The notes under the pieces are model-generated. The model was not told the DNA's origin. It worked only from the letters and a program-made list of their open reading frames with translations, and made no database searches. 64,000 nt of DNA from an uncultured Gemmatimonadales bacterium (GTDB lineage: Bacteria; Gemmatimonadota; Gemmatimonadetes; Gemmatimonadales; GWC2-71-9), in NCBI GenBank assembly GCA_963844035.1, contig CAWJMT010000031.1, positions 64,001 through 128,000 of the forward strand, given 5' to 3'. A program made the translations under genes and the position numbers. Every line of letters begins with the position of its first letter. Position 1 is the stretch's first letter. This document shows positions 19,511-30,813 of the stretch, piece after piece.

Positions 19511-21169
19511 ATGCCACAACGTGGGGGCGCCGCACTGCTGGGCTTGCTCGCCCTGGTCCTCGCCGGATGCGAGCGCAAGGCCGGCTGCACCGGTGAATAC
19601 TGCGGCACGCTGGTGTTCGCCTCGATTGGCGAGCCCGAAGCACTGCTCCCGCCGGTGGTGCAAACGAGCTCGGGCCGCGACGTCAGCGACCAGCTGTTCC
19701 TGAAGCTGGCTGACTTGGGGCTACTCACCAACACGGTCGGCGACGAGGATTTCACGCCGCAGCTCTCCGATCGCTGGGAGTGGGAAGGCCCCCTGACGCT
19801 GGCGTTTCACATCGACCCGCGGGCGCGCTGGCACGACGGCCGGCGGGTGACCGCGGCGGACGTCGTCTTCACCTACGACGCCTACGTCGATCCGCGCGTC
19901 GGCTCCCCATTCCGCACATCGCTGCGCTGGATCAGCGCCGTGACGCTGCGCGACTCGCTCACCGCCGTGTTCCGCTTCCGGCGGCGCTACCCGGAAATGT
20001 TCTACGATGCCGTGTACCACATGCGCATCCTCCCCGGGCACCTGCTGCGCAACCTGCCACGGGACCAGTGGCAGACGGCGCCGTTCGGACGCGCCCCGGT
20101 CGGAGACGGCCCGTATCGCTTCGCGGCGTGGAAGGCGGGTGAAAGCCTGGAGCTCGTGGCCGACTCGACTTTCTATCTGGGGCGGCCGTACATCCCGCGC
20201 CTGATCTGGCGGTTCACGCCCGACCTCCAGGTGGCGGTCACCCAGCTCGTCGCCGGCGAGGCGGACGCGATCGAAGTGCTGGTGTCGCCCGACAACGTCG
20301 CCCGGGTGAAAGCGGCGCCGCATCTCGCCACCTATCCCTACAAAGGCGCGGCGTACGGCTACCTGGGATTCAACCTGGCGGCGAACGGCGACTCGACCAA
20401 GCCGCATCCGTTGTTCAGCGACCGGGATGTCCGGCGGGCGCTGACCATGGCGACCGATCGCGGGCGGCTGCTCAAGAGCGTGTTCGCGGACAACGCCAAG
20501 GTGCCCCCCGGCCCGATGTCGCAGCTGTGGTCGATCTGGGACCCCGAGATCCGCGAGCTCCCGTACGACACGTCGCAGGCAGGTCGCGTGCTCGCGACGA
20601 AGGGGTGGATCGACTCCGATGGCGACGGGATCCGGGATCGCAACGGTGCGAAGCTCACGTTCCGCCTGCTCGTACCCACGAGCAGCGCGGTACGGCGCGG
20701 GTACGCCCGGCTGGTTCAGGAAGAGTTCCGCCGCATCGGGGTCGAGGTACAGATCGACGAGGTGGAGTTCAGCGTGTTCGCGCAGCGCGCGCAGGCGGGC
20801 CAGTTCGACGCGCTGATCCAGACGTGGAACACCGACCCGACGCCGTCATCCGGCATTAACCAGACCTGGACCCAGGGCGGGATCGGGAAGTCCAACTACC
20901 TGCGATACGCCAGCGCCCAGTTCGACCGGCTGGTCGAGGAAGCGGGCACGACCTTCGACCGGGCCGCGGCGCAGCGCAGCTGGCGCGAGGCGATGGAGCT
21001 GATCAACCAGGATGCCCCGGCGATCTTCCTGTTTGCCGTACAGAATGTGGCCGCGGTTCACCAGCGGGTCAGCAACGTGACGATCCGTCCCGACTCGTGG
21101 TGGGCCCTGGTGCGCACCTGGCGGATCCCCCCCGACCGCCGGATCGACCGCGACCGCGTGGAGCGTTAG
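19511..21169 (+). CDS. Peptide ABC transporter substrate-binding lipoprotein (family 5)
   Basis: Lipobox LAGC, WHDGRRVTAADVVFT, PVGDGPYRF, DVRRAL. Confidence 0.92.
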   Translation: MPQRGGAALLGLLALVLAGCERKAGCTGEYCGTLVFASIGEPEALLPPVVQTSSGRDVSDQLFLKLADLGLLTNTVGDEDFTPQLSDRWEWEGPLTLAFHIDPRARWHDGRRVTAADVVFTYDAYVDPRVGSPFRTSLRWISAVTLRDSLTAVFRFRRRYPEMFYDAVYHMRILPGHLLRNLPRDQWQTAPFGRAPVGDGPYRFAAWKAGESLELVADSTFYLGRPYIPRLIWRFTPDLQVAVTQLVAGEADAIEVLVSPDNVARVKAAPHLATYPYKGAAYGYLGFNLAANGDSTKPHPLFSDRDVRRALTMATDRGRLLKSVFADNAKVPPGPMSQLWSIWDPEIRELPYDTSQAGRVLATKGWIDSDGDGIRDRNGAKLTFRLLVPTSSAVRRGYARLVQEEFRRIGVEVQIDEVEFSVFAQRAQAGQFDALIQTWNTDPTPSSGINQTWTQGGIGKSNYLRYASAQFDRLVEEAGTTFDRAAAQRSWREAMELINQDAPAIFLFAVQNVAAVHQRVSNVTIRPDSWWALVRTWRIPPDRRIDRDRVER

Positions 21170-22144
21170 GTGAGCACGTGGCTGCTGCGGCGCGTCGCCG
21201 CGTCGTTGGCCATCGTGTTCGCGGTCGTCACCCTCACCTTCGTCCTGGTTCATCTCGCACCGGGGAAGCCGTTCCTGCCCGGCGCCGAGACGCCGATCGA
21301 CCCCGAAGTGGTGGCGCACCTGGACACCCTGTACGGACTCCACCAACGGATCCCGGTGCAGTACGCCAAGTACCTCGCCGCGCTCGCGCGTGGCCAGATG
21401 GGCCAGTCGTTCGCGCTGCACCGCCCCGTCGCCGATGCGCTCGCCGACGCGATCCCGAATACGCTCGCGCTGACCGGCGTCGCGCTCGCCATCGATCTGC
21501 TGCTCGGTCTCGCGCTCGGTGTGTACCAGGCGGTGCGTGCCCGCCGCCTCCCCGATGCGGCGCTCGGATACGCCACGCTGTTTCTGAACTCGGTGCCGAC
21601 ATTCTGGCTCGGGCTGCTGGTCCTGCTGGTGTTCGGCGAGTGGCTGCACTGGTTTCCCGTGGGGGGCGTGGTCGACCCGGTGCTGCACAGCTCGCTCCCG
21701 TGGGGGGGCCGGGTGGCCGACCGGCTCTGGCACCTCGCGCTCCCCGCGCTCACGCTGGGGTGCGTCGGCGCCGCCGGCACCGCGCGCTATCAGCGCGCCG
21801 CGGTCCTCGAGGTCATCGCGCAGGACTACGTGCGCACCGCGCGCGCCAAGGGCCTGCGCGAGCGCCGGGTGGTGCTGGTCCACGCGCTCCGCAACGCACT
21901 GCTGCCGCTCGTCACGTTGTTCGGACTGTCGTTCCCGTTCCTGTTGACGGGTGCGGTGCTGGTGGAAACGGTGTTCGCGTGGCCGGGGATGGGGAAGCTG
22001 GCGGCGGACGCCATCTTCCGGCGCGATTATCCGGTGGTCATGGCGGCCGCGATCTGCGCCAGCTGCCTGGTCGTCCTGGGCAACCTCCTGGCTGATGTGC
22101 TGTACGCCGTCGCGGACCCCCGCATCCGGGTGCAAGACGGGTGA
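21170..22144 (+). CDS. Peptide ABC transporter permease (OppB/DppB-like)
   Basis: DYVRTARAKGL EAA loop, ETVFAWPGMG, DPRIR. Confidence 0.93.
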   Translation: MSTWLLRRVAASLAIVFAVVTLTFVLVHLAPGKPFLPGAETPIDPEVVAHLDTLYGLHQRIPVQYAKYLAALARGQMGQSFALHRPVADALADAIPNTLALTGVALAIDLLLGLALGVYQAVRARRLPDAALGYATLFLNSVPTFWLGLLVLLVFGEWLHWFPVGGVVDPVLHSSLPWGGRVADRLWHLALPALTLGCVGAAGTARYQRAAVLEVIAQDYVRTARAKGLRERRVVLVHALRNALLPLVTLFGLSFPFLLTGAVLVETVFAWPGMGKLAADAIFRRDYPVVMAAAICASCLVVLGNLLADVLYAVADPRIRVQDG

Positions 22145-23067
22145 GCACCCGCTCCATGATGGCACTGCTCGGTGCCATCGCGCTCGCATTCTTCGTGGTG
22201 GGGACGGTGCGGCGTCGCACCGCGGCCAGCTCCGCCGGGCGGCGCTTCTTCAATAACACGCCCGCCGCGTGGGGCCTGTTCGTCTTGACGTTCTTCACCG
22301 CCGTGGCACTCGCCGCCCCGTGGGTGGCGCCCTACAACCCCTCGGTCCAGCTCGAGATCGTGACGCTCAAGAACCAGGCCCCTTCCCTGCTCCACCCCCT
22401 CGGCACCGATCTCTACAGCCGCGACGTGTGGAGCCGGCTCGCCTACGGCGCGCGCGTCTCGCTCGGCATCGCGGCGCTCGCCATGCTCGTGGCCATCACG
22501 CTCGGCGCGCTCGTCGGCGCGGTCGCCGGGTACGTGCGCAGCTGGGTGGACACCGTATTGATGCGCGCGGTGGACGTGGGGCTCGCGATCCCCCGCATCT
22601 TCCTCTTGTTGATGGCGATCGCGTTGTGGGAGCGGCTGCCGCTCTGGTTGCTGGTGCTCGTCATCGGCGTAACCGGCTGGTTCGGCACCAGCCGGCTGGT
22701 GCGGGCCGAAGTGCTCACGCTGCGCGAGCGCGACTTCGTCGCCGCCGCGCGCGCGCTCGGCGCCGGGCCGATGCGCATCATCATGCGGCACGTGCTCCCC
22801 AACGTCGCGGCGCCGATCATCGTTTCGGCGGCGCTCGGGATCGGCAACGTGATGTTGCTCGAGGCCGGTCTCTCATTCCTCGGCATCGGCGTCCAGCCCC
22901 CGCTGCCGAGCTGGGGCAACATGATCGCCGACGGCGCGCCCCAGCTCTCCACCGCGTGGTGGACCACCCTGTTCCCCGGGGTCACGATCGCGTTGGTCGT
23001 GATGTCGCTCCACGCCGTGGGTGACGCGCTGCGCGACGCCTTGGACCCGCGCCGGGCTGCCGCGTGA
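22141..23067 (+). CDS. Peptide ABC transporter permease (OppC/DppC-like)
   Basis: [46 protein letters not shown]. Confidence 0.93.
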   Translation: MSTRSMMALLGAIALAFFVVGTVRRRTAASSAGRRFFNNTPAAWGLFVLTFFTAVALAAPWVAPYNPSVQLEIVTLKNQAPSLLHPLGTDLYSRDVWSRLAYGARVSLGIAALAMLVAITLGALVGAVAGYVRSWVDTVLMRAVDVGLAIPRIFLLLMAIALWERLPLWLLVLVIGVTGWFGTSRLVRAEVLTLRERDFVAAARALGAGPMRIIMRHVLPNVAAPIIVSAALGIGNVMLLEAGLSFLGIGVQPPLPSWGNMIADGAPQLSTAWWTTLFPGVTIALVVMSLHAVGDALRDALDPRRAAA

Positions 23068-24086
23068 GCGAACCGCTGCTCCGCGTGCGCGACCTCAAGA
23101 CCTACTTCGTCACCGACCGCGGGGGCGGCACCGCGCGCGCCGTCGACGGAGTGTCGTTCGACCTGTATCCCGGCGAGACCCTCGGGATCGTGGGCGAATC
23201 GGGGTGCGGCAAGACGGTCACGTCGCTGTCGATCTTGCGGCTCATCCCTGAGCCCCCCGGACACATCCGCCCGGGCAGCTTGATCGAGCTGGAAGGCCGT
23301 CACCTGCTGACGCTCGCGCCCAAGGACCTGCGCGCCGTGCGCGGCAACGAGATCGCGATGGTGTTCCAGGAGCCGATGACCTCGCTGAACCCGGTGTTCA
23401 CGATCGGCGATCAGATCGCCGAGGTCGCGATTGTGCACCAGCATCTGTCCCGCAAGGCGGCCCGCGCGCGCGCGATCGAAATGCTCACCCTCGTCGGCAT
23501 GCCCGAGCCGGAGACGCGGGTGGACTACTACCCCCACCAGATGTCGGGCGGGATGCGGCAGCGCGCCATGATTGCGATGGCGCTGGTGTGCCACCCCAAG
23601 GTATTGATCGCCGACGAACCGACCACCGCGCTCGACGTGACGATCCAGGCGCAGATCCTCGAGCTGCTCGACCGGTTGCAGGCCGAGCTGGGCATGGGGG
23701 TGCTGCTGATCGCGCACGATCTCGGCGTGGTGGCGGGCACCGCCGACCGCGTGCTCGTGATGTACGCCGGGCAAGTCGTCGAGACGGCGTCTACCATCGA
23801 GCTGTTCGCGCGTCCCAAGCATCCCTACACCGAGGGGTTGCTGGCGTCGATTCCGCGGCTCGACACGCCGCGCGGCCGCCTCAAGAGCATTCCCGGGCAG
23901 GTGCCCGCCGCGACCGACTGGCCGGCCGGCTGCCGGTTCCATCCGCGCTGCCCGTATGCCTGGGATCGCTGCACCACCGAGCAACCGCCGCTGCTCGATG
24001 CCGGCACCGGCGAGCCCGCGAGCCACATGGTGCGCTGCTGGCTGCTGGCAGAGCCGCAACGGCGCGACGTGAGTGTCCGCCGGTGA
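23064..24086 (+). CDS. Peptide ABC transporter ATP-binding protein (OppD-like)
   Basis: [30 protein letters not shown] and C-terminal CRFHPRC. Confidence 0.94.
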   Translation: MSEPLLRVRDLKTYFVTDRGGGTARAVDGVSFDLYPGETLGIVGESGCGKTVTSLSILRLIPEPPGHIRPGSLIELEGRHLLTLAPKDLRAVRGNEIAMVFQEPMTSLNPVFTIGDQIAEVAIVHQHLSRKAARARAIEMLTLVGMPEPETRVDYYPHQMSGGMRQRAMIAMALVCHPKVLIADEPTTALDVTIQAQILELLDRLQAELGMGVLLIAHDLGVVAGTADRVLVMYAGQVVETASTIELFARPKHPYTEGLLASIPRLDTPRGRLKSIPGQVPAATDWPAGCRFHPRCPYAWDRCTTEQPPLLDAGTGEPASHMVRCWLLAEPQRRDVSVRR

Positions 24087-25078
24087 GCGAAGCGGCACCG
24101 CTCGTCGTCGTCGAGGATCTGGTGAAGGAGTTTCCCGCCACGCGTGGGCTGTGGGGCTTCGGCCGGCCCCGCGGGACGGTGCGCGCCGTGGACCACGTCT
24201 CGTTCCGGATCGCACCAGGCCAAACGCTCGGCCTGGTGGGCGAATCGGGGTGCGGCAAATCCACGGTGGCGCGCACCGTGCTGCGGTTGCTCGAGCCCGA
24301 CTCGGGCCGCGTGGTGGTGGACGGCGCCGACGTGCTCGCGCTGCGGCCCGCGGAGCTGCGGGCGCTGCGGCGGCGGATGCAGATCGTGTTCCAGGATCCC
24401 TACGGGTCGCTCAATCCACGCATGACCGTACGCCAGACCTTGGTCGAGCCGCTCGTGATCCACGGGCTGGCGAGCGGCCGCGGACGCCAGGCACGGGTGG
24501 CGGCGCTGCTCGAGGAGGTGGGTCTGGACCGCCAGCTCGCCGACAGCTACCCGCATGAGCTGTCGGGCGGGCAACGCCAGCGTGTCGGGATCGCGCGCGC
24601 CCTGTCGGTGCAGCCCAAGTTTCTCGTGCTGGACGAGCCGGTGAGCGCGCTCGACGTGTCGGTGCAAGCGCAGGTCTTGAACCTGCTCTCGGACCTGCAG
24701 CAACGCCACCATCTCACCTATCTCTTCATCGCGCACGACCTCGCGGTGGTGAAATACAGCGCCGACCACGTGGCCGTGATGTATCTCGGCAAGATCGTCG
24801 AGCAGGCGCCGGCGCCGGTGTTGTACAAGGCCCCGCGCCATCCGTACACGAAATCGCTGCTCTCGGCAGTCCCGATCCCCGACCCGCGCGTCGAGCGCCA
24901 GCGCATCGTGCTCACGGGCGACGTGCCGTCTCCGTCGAACCCGCCGCCGGGATGCGCATTTCATCCCCGCTGCCCCCATCCGAAAAAGGACGCGCGCTGC
25001 AGTACGGAGGTACCAGCGTTGCGGCAGGTCGCACCGGGGCAGGTGGCGGCGTGTCATTTTGCTGAGAGTCCGATGTAA
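24083..25078 (+). CDS. Peptide ABC transporter ATP-binding protein (OppF-like)
   Basis: GTG start overlaps the previous stop; [32 protein letters not shown]. Confidence 0.93.
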   Translation: MSEAAPLVVVEDLVKEFPATRGLWGFGRPRGTVRAVDHVSFRIAPGQTLGLVGESGCGKSTVARTVLRLLEPDSGRVVVDGADVLALRPAELRALRRRMQIVFQDPYGSLNPRMTVRQTLVEPLVIHGLASGRGRQARVAALLEEVGLDRQLADSYPHELSGGQRQRVGIARALSVQPKFLVLDEPVSALDVSVQAQVLNLLSDLQQRHHLTYLFIAHDLAVVKYSADHVAVMYLGKIVEQAPAPVLYKAPRHPYTKSLLSAVPIPDPRVERQRIVLTGDVPSPSNPPPGCAFHPRCPHPKKDARCSTEVPALRQVAPGQVAACHFAESPM

Positions 25079-25126
25079 GCAGGCGGGTGGGCGGGCAGGC
25101 GGGCAGAGAATTCCGAGGATGGTGAT

Positions 25127-25234
25127 ATGGGACTACCTGCACAGCGATTCGCTGCGATGCTCCGGGACCCGCAATTCTGGGTTCCCGTCGTCGTACTCGT
25201 CGCCGGTCTTCTGGTGCTGCAGTGGATCCGGTAG
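25127..25234 (+). CDS. Small single-TM membrane peptide (35 aa; alternative start 25157)
   Basis: Manual translation MGLPAQRFAAMLRDPQFWVPVVVLVAGLLVLQWIR; GAGG upstream; overlaps the transporter start. Confidence 0.55.
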   Translation: MGLPAQRFAAMLRDPQFWVPVVVLVAGLLVLQWIR

Positions 25235-26507
25235 CGGCCGTTCCGGTCGACGCAGCGCGGCTGCGACGGCTGCAGCTCGTCGGATTGGCGAGCGGGTTCA
25301 CCGCGGGCGCCTGGCTCGGCGCCGCCGAGGCGCCCACCAAGATGGTCACGCTCGGCATTTCGCCGGTCGTCATTTCGCTCATGATGGTGGTCGGCGTGTT
25401 TCTCGCCCGCTGGAGCGTGCCCGCACTGCTGCGCGGCACGGCCGCGATCGGCGCGACGTGCGCCAGGCGCCGCACCTCGTGGTGTGGGCGGTGTTGGCGG
25501 GCTGTCTCTGGGCGGTGGCCAACACGCTCACGATCTTCGCGATCAAGGACATCGGACTGTCGATCGCGTTTCCGCTGTGGAACGCCAACAGCCTGCTCGG
25601 CATCCTGTGGGGGTTCGTGTTTTTCAACGAGCTGCGGGGTGCGGGGCGGGCGCGCTGGGCGGGAGTGCTGGGTGGTGCGCTCGTGATGTTCGCGGGCGCG
25701 TGGCTGCTCGCGACCGCATCGTCGGCGCATGCGACCGGTGGTCATGCGGCGCGCGGGGTGGCGGCGGCGCTCGCGGCCGGCGTGATGTGGGGGACGATGT
25801 ACATCCCCTACCGCAAAGCCTACCTCACCGGCATGAACCCGCTTTCGTTCGTCACGTTTTTCACGTTCGGCGAGCTGGGGATGATGGGCGCCATCGCCGT
25901 GGCCGACCGCGGCGGCGTGGCGCCGCTCGTCGCCGAGCTGGTGCGGGCGCGCGACGTGCTGTTCTGGCTGTTGTGCGGCGGGTTCGTGTGGGTCGTGGGC
26001 GATCTGTTTCAACAATACGCCGCCAAGTATGTCGGGATCAGCCGCGGCATTCCCCTTTCCAACACCAACCAGCTCTGGGGCCTCGCCTGGGGCGTGCTGG
26101 TGTTCGGCGAGCTGCAGGGGACGGGCACGGCCCTGCCGCAGGTGATCGGCGGCTCGCTGCTCATGGCGGCGGGGGCGGCGGCGATCGCGTTCGCCACCGC
26201 GACGGCCGGCGAGCACCGCCGTTGGCAGGATGCCGCGAGCCGTGAGGGCGCGCGCTACGCGATCGATCCTGCGTTCACCCGCGCCGCGCTCTCCGGTGAG
26301 GCGAGCGGTGGACCCCGCCACAAGCGTAGCTGGCTCGATTGGAGCATCATGCTCGCTGCCACCGCGGTGTTTGTCGGATTCGCGCTGGTGGCTCGGGTGC
26401 CCGAGCTGGCGGTCCACGGTGGGCCGCTCATCGCGCTCGTGGTGGCGTCGGTCGCGTTGCTCGCAGGGGCGGGATACGGGTTGTGGAAGGTGACGGGATT
26501 CAACTGA
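25222..26507 (+). CDS. DMT-superfamily (GRP/GlcU-like) sugar transporter (frameshift near 25455)
   Basis: About 12 TM helices; GLSIAFPLWNANSLLGILWG..FNE and GISRGIPLSNTNQLWGLAWG..FGE internal repeat. Confidence 0.8.
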
Positions 26508-27788
26508 TGAAATTCCTCTTCGTCTCGATCGACGGCTTGATTGCCGACATCGCCTGGCAGGTCGTCAAGGAAGACCATTCCGTCAAGCTCTTCATCGAAT
26601 CGGAGAGCCAGCGCGAGATCGCCGACGGCTTCGTCCCTAAGTCCCTCGACTGGGAGCGCGACGTGGCGTGGGCCGACGTGGTGGTGTTCGACGATGTGCT
26701 GGGCCATGGGACCAAAGCGGCCCGGGTGCGCGCGACCGGAAAGCTCGTGGTCGGCGGCACGCCCTATAGTGATAAACTCGAAGATGACCGGGCGTTCGGG
26801 CAGCAGGAGCTGAAAAACGCCGGTGTCAGCATCATTCCGCAAGACAACTTCACCTCGTTCGCCGACGCCATCGCCTTTGTGAAGGCCAACCCGCAGCGCT
26901 ACGTGATCAAGCCGAGCGGCGAGGCACAGAATCTCAAGCAGCTGCTGTTCGTGGGCGAGGACGAAGACGGCAAGGACGTGATTCAGGTACTGGAAGACTA
27001 CCAGCGCGCCTGGGCGGATCGCATCAAGGCGTTCCAGCTGCAGCGCCGCATTGTGGGCGTCGAGGTGGCGGCGGGCGCGTTCTTCAACGGCACGGAATTC
27101 GTGCTGCCGATCAGCATCAACTTCGAGCACAAGAAGCTGTTCCCGGGCGACATCGGACCGTCCACCGGGGAGATGGGCACGACGATGTTCTGGAGCGCAC
27201 CCACCCGCATCTTCAACGCGACGCTCAAGAAGATGGAAAGCCGGCTGCGGGAGGAGCACTACGTCGGCTACATCGATGTGAACTGCATCGTCAACTCGAA
27301 CGGGATCTATCCGCTCGAGTTCACCGCGCGGTTCGGCTATCCCACGATCAGCATCCAGCAGGAAGCGATGCTGACGCCGATGGGAGAATTCCTGCACGGG
27401 CTGGCCGAGGGCTCGCTCAAGACCTTCAAGCCCCGCAGCGGGTTCCAGGTCGGCGTGCGCATCGTGGTCCCGCCGTTCCCGTTCAACGACCGCGAGACGT
27501 TCGAGAAGAACTCGAAGGACGCGGTGATCATCTTCAAGAAGCCCGGCCGCGACGGCGTCCACATCGAAGATGTGAAAGCGGTGAACGACGAGTGGGTCGT
27601 GACCGGGAACGTCGGGGGTGGTGCTGGTCGTGGTGGGCCTGGGTTCAACGATGAAAGCCGCGCAGCGCCAGGCCTACAGCCGGATCGACAACATCATGAT
27701 CCCGAACATGTACTATCGCAAGGATATCGGGGACCGGTGGTTCGAGGACTTCGACCGCCTGCACACCTGGGGGTATCTGCGCGACTAG
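26507..27788 (+). CDS. PurD-like (phosphoribosylamine-glycine ligase-type) ATP-grasp protein (frameshift near 27610)
   Basis: LEDDR.FGQ, YVIKP, FEHKKLF.GD.GP.TGEMG, LEFTARFGYP; the C-terminal MYYRKDIG is in a shifted frame ending at TAG 27786-88. Confidence 0.8.
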
Positions 27789-27832
27789 AGACAGCGGCAA
27801 TGAACTGGCGCACAACCTTCCGGAGGTGATAC

Positions 27833-28282
27833 GTGGGGGACGGCTTCCGCTCGACCGTGCTGCGTTGGATCCTGGTTGGAATTCCGGCCGTGCTCCTCGG
27901 CATCCAGTTTGTGCCCGTGAACCGAACCAATCCGCCGGTCGAGGCCGAGGTTCCCGCGCCGGAGAACGTGCGAACCATCTTACGGCGGGCCTGCTATGAT
28001 TGCCACTCCAATGAAACGACCTGGCCTTGGTACAGTCGGGTCGCCCCCTTCTCTTGGCTGGTCGCGCGGGACGTCATCGAGGGGCGTGAGGAGCTGAACT
28101 ACTCCACCTGGAATCGCGTCAGCACGCAGGAGCAGGTCAAGAAACTGAAAGAGAGCTGGGATGAAGTCGCGGAGGGGGAAATGCCCCCTTGGACCTACTT
28201 GATCATCCACCGCGACGCAACGCTGTCGGCCGAGGATCGCACAGCGCTGCGCCTGTGGGCGTCGGGGCCGATGGCCAAGTAG
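27833..28282 (+). CDS. Haem-binding domain (mono-haem c-type) protein
   Basis: N-terminal TM, ACYDCH (CxxCH), WPWYS and EMPP. Confidence 0.85.
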   Translation: MGDGFRSTVLRWILVGIPAVLLGIQFVPVNRTNPPVEAEVPAPENVRTILRRACYDCHSNETTWPWYSRVAPFSWLVARDVIEGREELNYSTWNRVSTQEQVKKLKESWDEVAEGEMPPWTYLIIHRDATLSAEDRTALRLWASGPMAK

Positions 28283-28425
28283 CGCGGATGGCGCCGATTC
28301 CATGCTTTCCCCTCCGGATGGACTGGCCGAACGCCCCCTTGAGATTGGCTTGAGAGCCAGGGGCGACCGTGGTCCTGAGCCCAAAGCAGGTACTGCCGGC
28401 CCATGGACCCCGGAGGAAAGAGCCA

Positions 28426-29071
28426 ATGAAGCGGACGATCACCTTCCTCGCCTCGACCCCCTTCCTGCTCGCCGCGTGCGGCTTGGCGACGAAGGGACCG
28501 CCGGCGGGACACGAGAAGATGATGACGGGGTTCTCGTGTACTGAGAGCATGGCGGCTCCAATACTCGATCTGCTGGGCGGCTTGGCCGGCATCTGGGTCG
28601 TGGGAGAGGCCGAAAAGCTCGACGAAGGCTATCCGAAGTCCGACGCGGGGACGTACTGGTCCATCGCCTTTGGCGGAATCTATGGAGTCTCTGCCGTCGT
28701 CGGTTTCGATCGGGTAACGAGATGCCGCGAGGCCAAGCGAGACCTCAGGGCACGGCAGGCCGAGGCAGCCGCCGCTGTGGCCGCCCGCAGGCGCAGCGCG
28801 GACCTCATCGCCGTTCAGAAGGTGCTGATCACGGGCGGCCGCGACACGATGACGGTGGGAGAGCGGACGCAGCTCGTCGCGACCGCGTACGACTCGACCG
28901 GCGCCGTGATCGTCGACAAGATGTTCGCGTGGTCGTCCTCGAACGACACGATCGCCTCCGTCACCACCGACGGGCGTCGTGCGGGCGCTGGAAGTCGGCA
29001 CCGCGGTGATCACGGCGAACGCGGGCAACGTGACCGGGACGGCGAAAGTCGTTGTGGTGCCGGACCGATGA
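28426..29071 (+). CDS. Lipoprotein with C-terminal Ig-like (Big_2) domain, copy 1 (frameshift near 28972)
   Basis: GGAGG RBS, MKRTITFLASTPFLLAAC lipobox, WSSSN..IASV. The shifted frame gives DGVVRALEVGTAVITA..., ending at TGA 29069-71. Confidence 0.7.
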
Positions 29072-29688
29072 AGCGCACGATCGTCTTCCTCGCCTCGACC
29101 CCCTTCCTGCTCGGCGCGTGCGGCCTGGCGATGACGCAGGGCCCGCCGGCAGGACACGAGAGCATGCCATCGTTCCAATGTACTGAGGACCGGAGGGGCC
29201 CCGCGCTCGACATCGTTCTCGTCGTGTGGAACACCCTTCTTCTTACCAGCAGCGCCGCAAGGAACCAGCTCGGTTCTGGTGAACAGGCCGCGTTGGCTAT
29301 CGGGACGGCCATTGCCGCAATCTCCGCCGGCGTAGGCTTCGACCGGACACGTCGATGCATCAAGGCTAAGGGACAGCTCGCGGTACGGCAGGCCGAGGTG
29401 GCCGCCGCCCGCAGGCGCGCCCTCGACCTTATAGCCGTTCAGAGAGTCCTGATCACGGGCGCCCGGGACACAATGACGGTGGGAGAGTGGACGCAGCTCG
29501 TCGCGACCGCGTACGACTCGAGCGGCGCCGCAATCGTCGACAAGACATTCACCTGGTCGTCCTCGAACGACACGGTTGCTTTCGTCCGCCCCGACGGCAT
29601 CCTGGAGGCGGAGGGACCTGGCACCGCGGTGATCACGGCGCAGGCGGCCAACGGCCTTGGCACGGCGAGTCTCGTGGTACTGCCATGA
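29068..29688 (+). CDS. Lipoprotein with C-terminal Ig-like (Big_2) domain, copy 2
   Basis: MKRTIVFLASTPFLLGAC; paralog of the previous gene; WSSSNDTVA.V..DG..GTAVITA. Confidence 0.75.
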   Translation: MKRTIVFLASTPFLLGACGLAMTQGPPAGHESMPSFQCTEDRRGPALDIVLVVWNTLLLTSSAARNQLGSGEQAALAIGTAIAAISAGVGFDRTRRCIKAKGQLAVRQAEVAAARRRALDLIAVQRVLITGARDTMTVGEWTQLVATAYDSSGAAIVDKTFTWSSSNDTVAFVRPDGILEAEGPGTAVITAQAANGLGTASLVVLP

Positions 29689-29729
29689 AGCGAACGCCAA
29701 CGGGTGAAACCACCAACAAGGAGCTCCAC

Positions 29730-30267
29730 GTGGCATCGATCACACGTTTCCTCTACGCAGCGTTGGTCGTCCCGACCCTAGCCTTCGCCCAGGGGAAGCC
29801 AGTTGTGGAGATTGGCACCGACCTTGGTCTCACGATCCTGAGCAGCGGCGGCGAGTCGTATACCCTCTTTAACATCCCGGGCCAAGGAATCCTCGGCCAG
29901 CCCACGATTCGTGCTACGTTTTTTGCCGGTCGGTCCCTCACCATAGAGCCGCAGCTCGCGCTCACATGGCTTTCGGGCGACGGCGGGACCCAGACACGAG
30001 TGGGCCTGGGCGGACAGATCGGCTATCTCTTCAACGGCTCTACCGCAAAGTCGTTTTATTTGGCTGGATCTCTGGCTTATTACTCAATCTCCGACGAGAT
30101 CACCGACGGCGACTTTGGGGTTGGGTGGCAAGCTAGGGGTTCGCGTACCGTGGGGCTCCAGTGTTGGCGTGCGGTTCGAGGGCGGCTACCGCCGATGGTT
30201 CGATCACGAAATCAATGAGATCACACTCGGCGTTGGAGTGGGGGGCATCGTCCATCGCACTAACTGA
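29730..30267 (+). CDS. Small outer-membrane beta-barrel protein (frameshift near 30125)
   Basis: AAGGAG RBS, GTG start, signal peptide (AFA-Q), alternating Gly/aromatic beta strands, VRFEGGYRRWF. Confidence 0.65.
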
Positions 30268-30333
30268 AGCGCCGCGCCCTCGACAGGCGCGGGAATCCTC
30301 GACATGATCACTGGGCGAGAAGGGAGGGTACCG

Positions 30334-30813
30334 ATGCAGATCGAGGCACGCCTGGCCGCCGCGGGACTCACGCTCCCGAGGCCAGTAGTGCAGCCGGGCC
30401 CCACGAAGGTGCCGGTGGCCTGGGTCCGCCTGGCGGGCCATCGGGCCCACGCATCCGGCCATGGTCCGCTCGCCCCCGACGGATCCCTTGCGCTACCGCT
30501 CGGGCGGGTCGGCGCGGAGGTCACGCTCGAACAGGCGCAGCACGCCGCCGAGCTCGCGCTCCTCGCGCTGCTCGGCAGCCTGCAGCGGTGCATCGGCGAC
30601 CTGGATCGGGTGACGGCCTGGTTGACTATCTCGGCCTTCGTCCGCGTCGCGCCGGGGTTTACTGAAACGCCGGCGGTGCTGAACGGTGCGTCGGCCCTGC
30701 TGCTGCAGCTCTTCGGGCCGAAGGCCGGCGGCCACACCCGCACTGCCATCGGCGTGGCCGACCTGCCGCTCGGTGTGCCGGTGGTGGTCGCTGCCGAGGT
30801 AGAGATCGCCTAA
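30334..30813 (+). CDS. RidA/YjgF-family protein
   Basis: SGHGP, GRVGAEVT, NGAS.LL..LFG, GHTRTAIGVA.LP. Confidence 0.88.
   Translation: MQIEARLAAAGLTLPRPVVQPGPTKVPVAWVRLAGHRAHASGHGPLAPDGSLALPLGRVGAEVTLEQAQHAAELALLALLGSLQRCIGDLDRVTAWLTISAFVRVAPGFTETPAVLNGASALLLQLFGPKAGGHTRTAIGVADLPLGVPVVVAAEVEIA

Noticed and set aside
28369..29688. Single 439-aa ORF with an internal duplication
   Set aside because: An indel near 28972 fuses two genes. The second has its own signal peptide and an ATGA overlap with the first gene's true stop.
30493..30810. C-terminal extension of the response regulator antisense to ridA
   Set aside because: The extension is shadow sequence of the RidA gene; the receiver domain is complete by about 30830.
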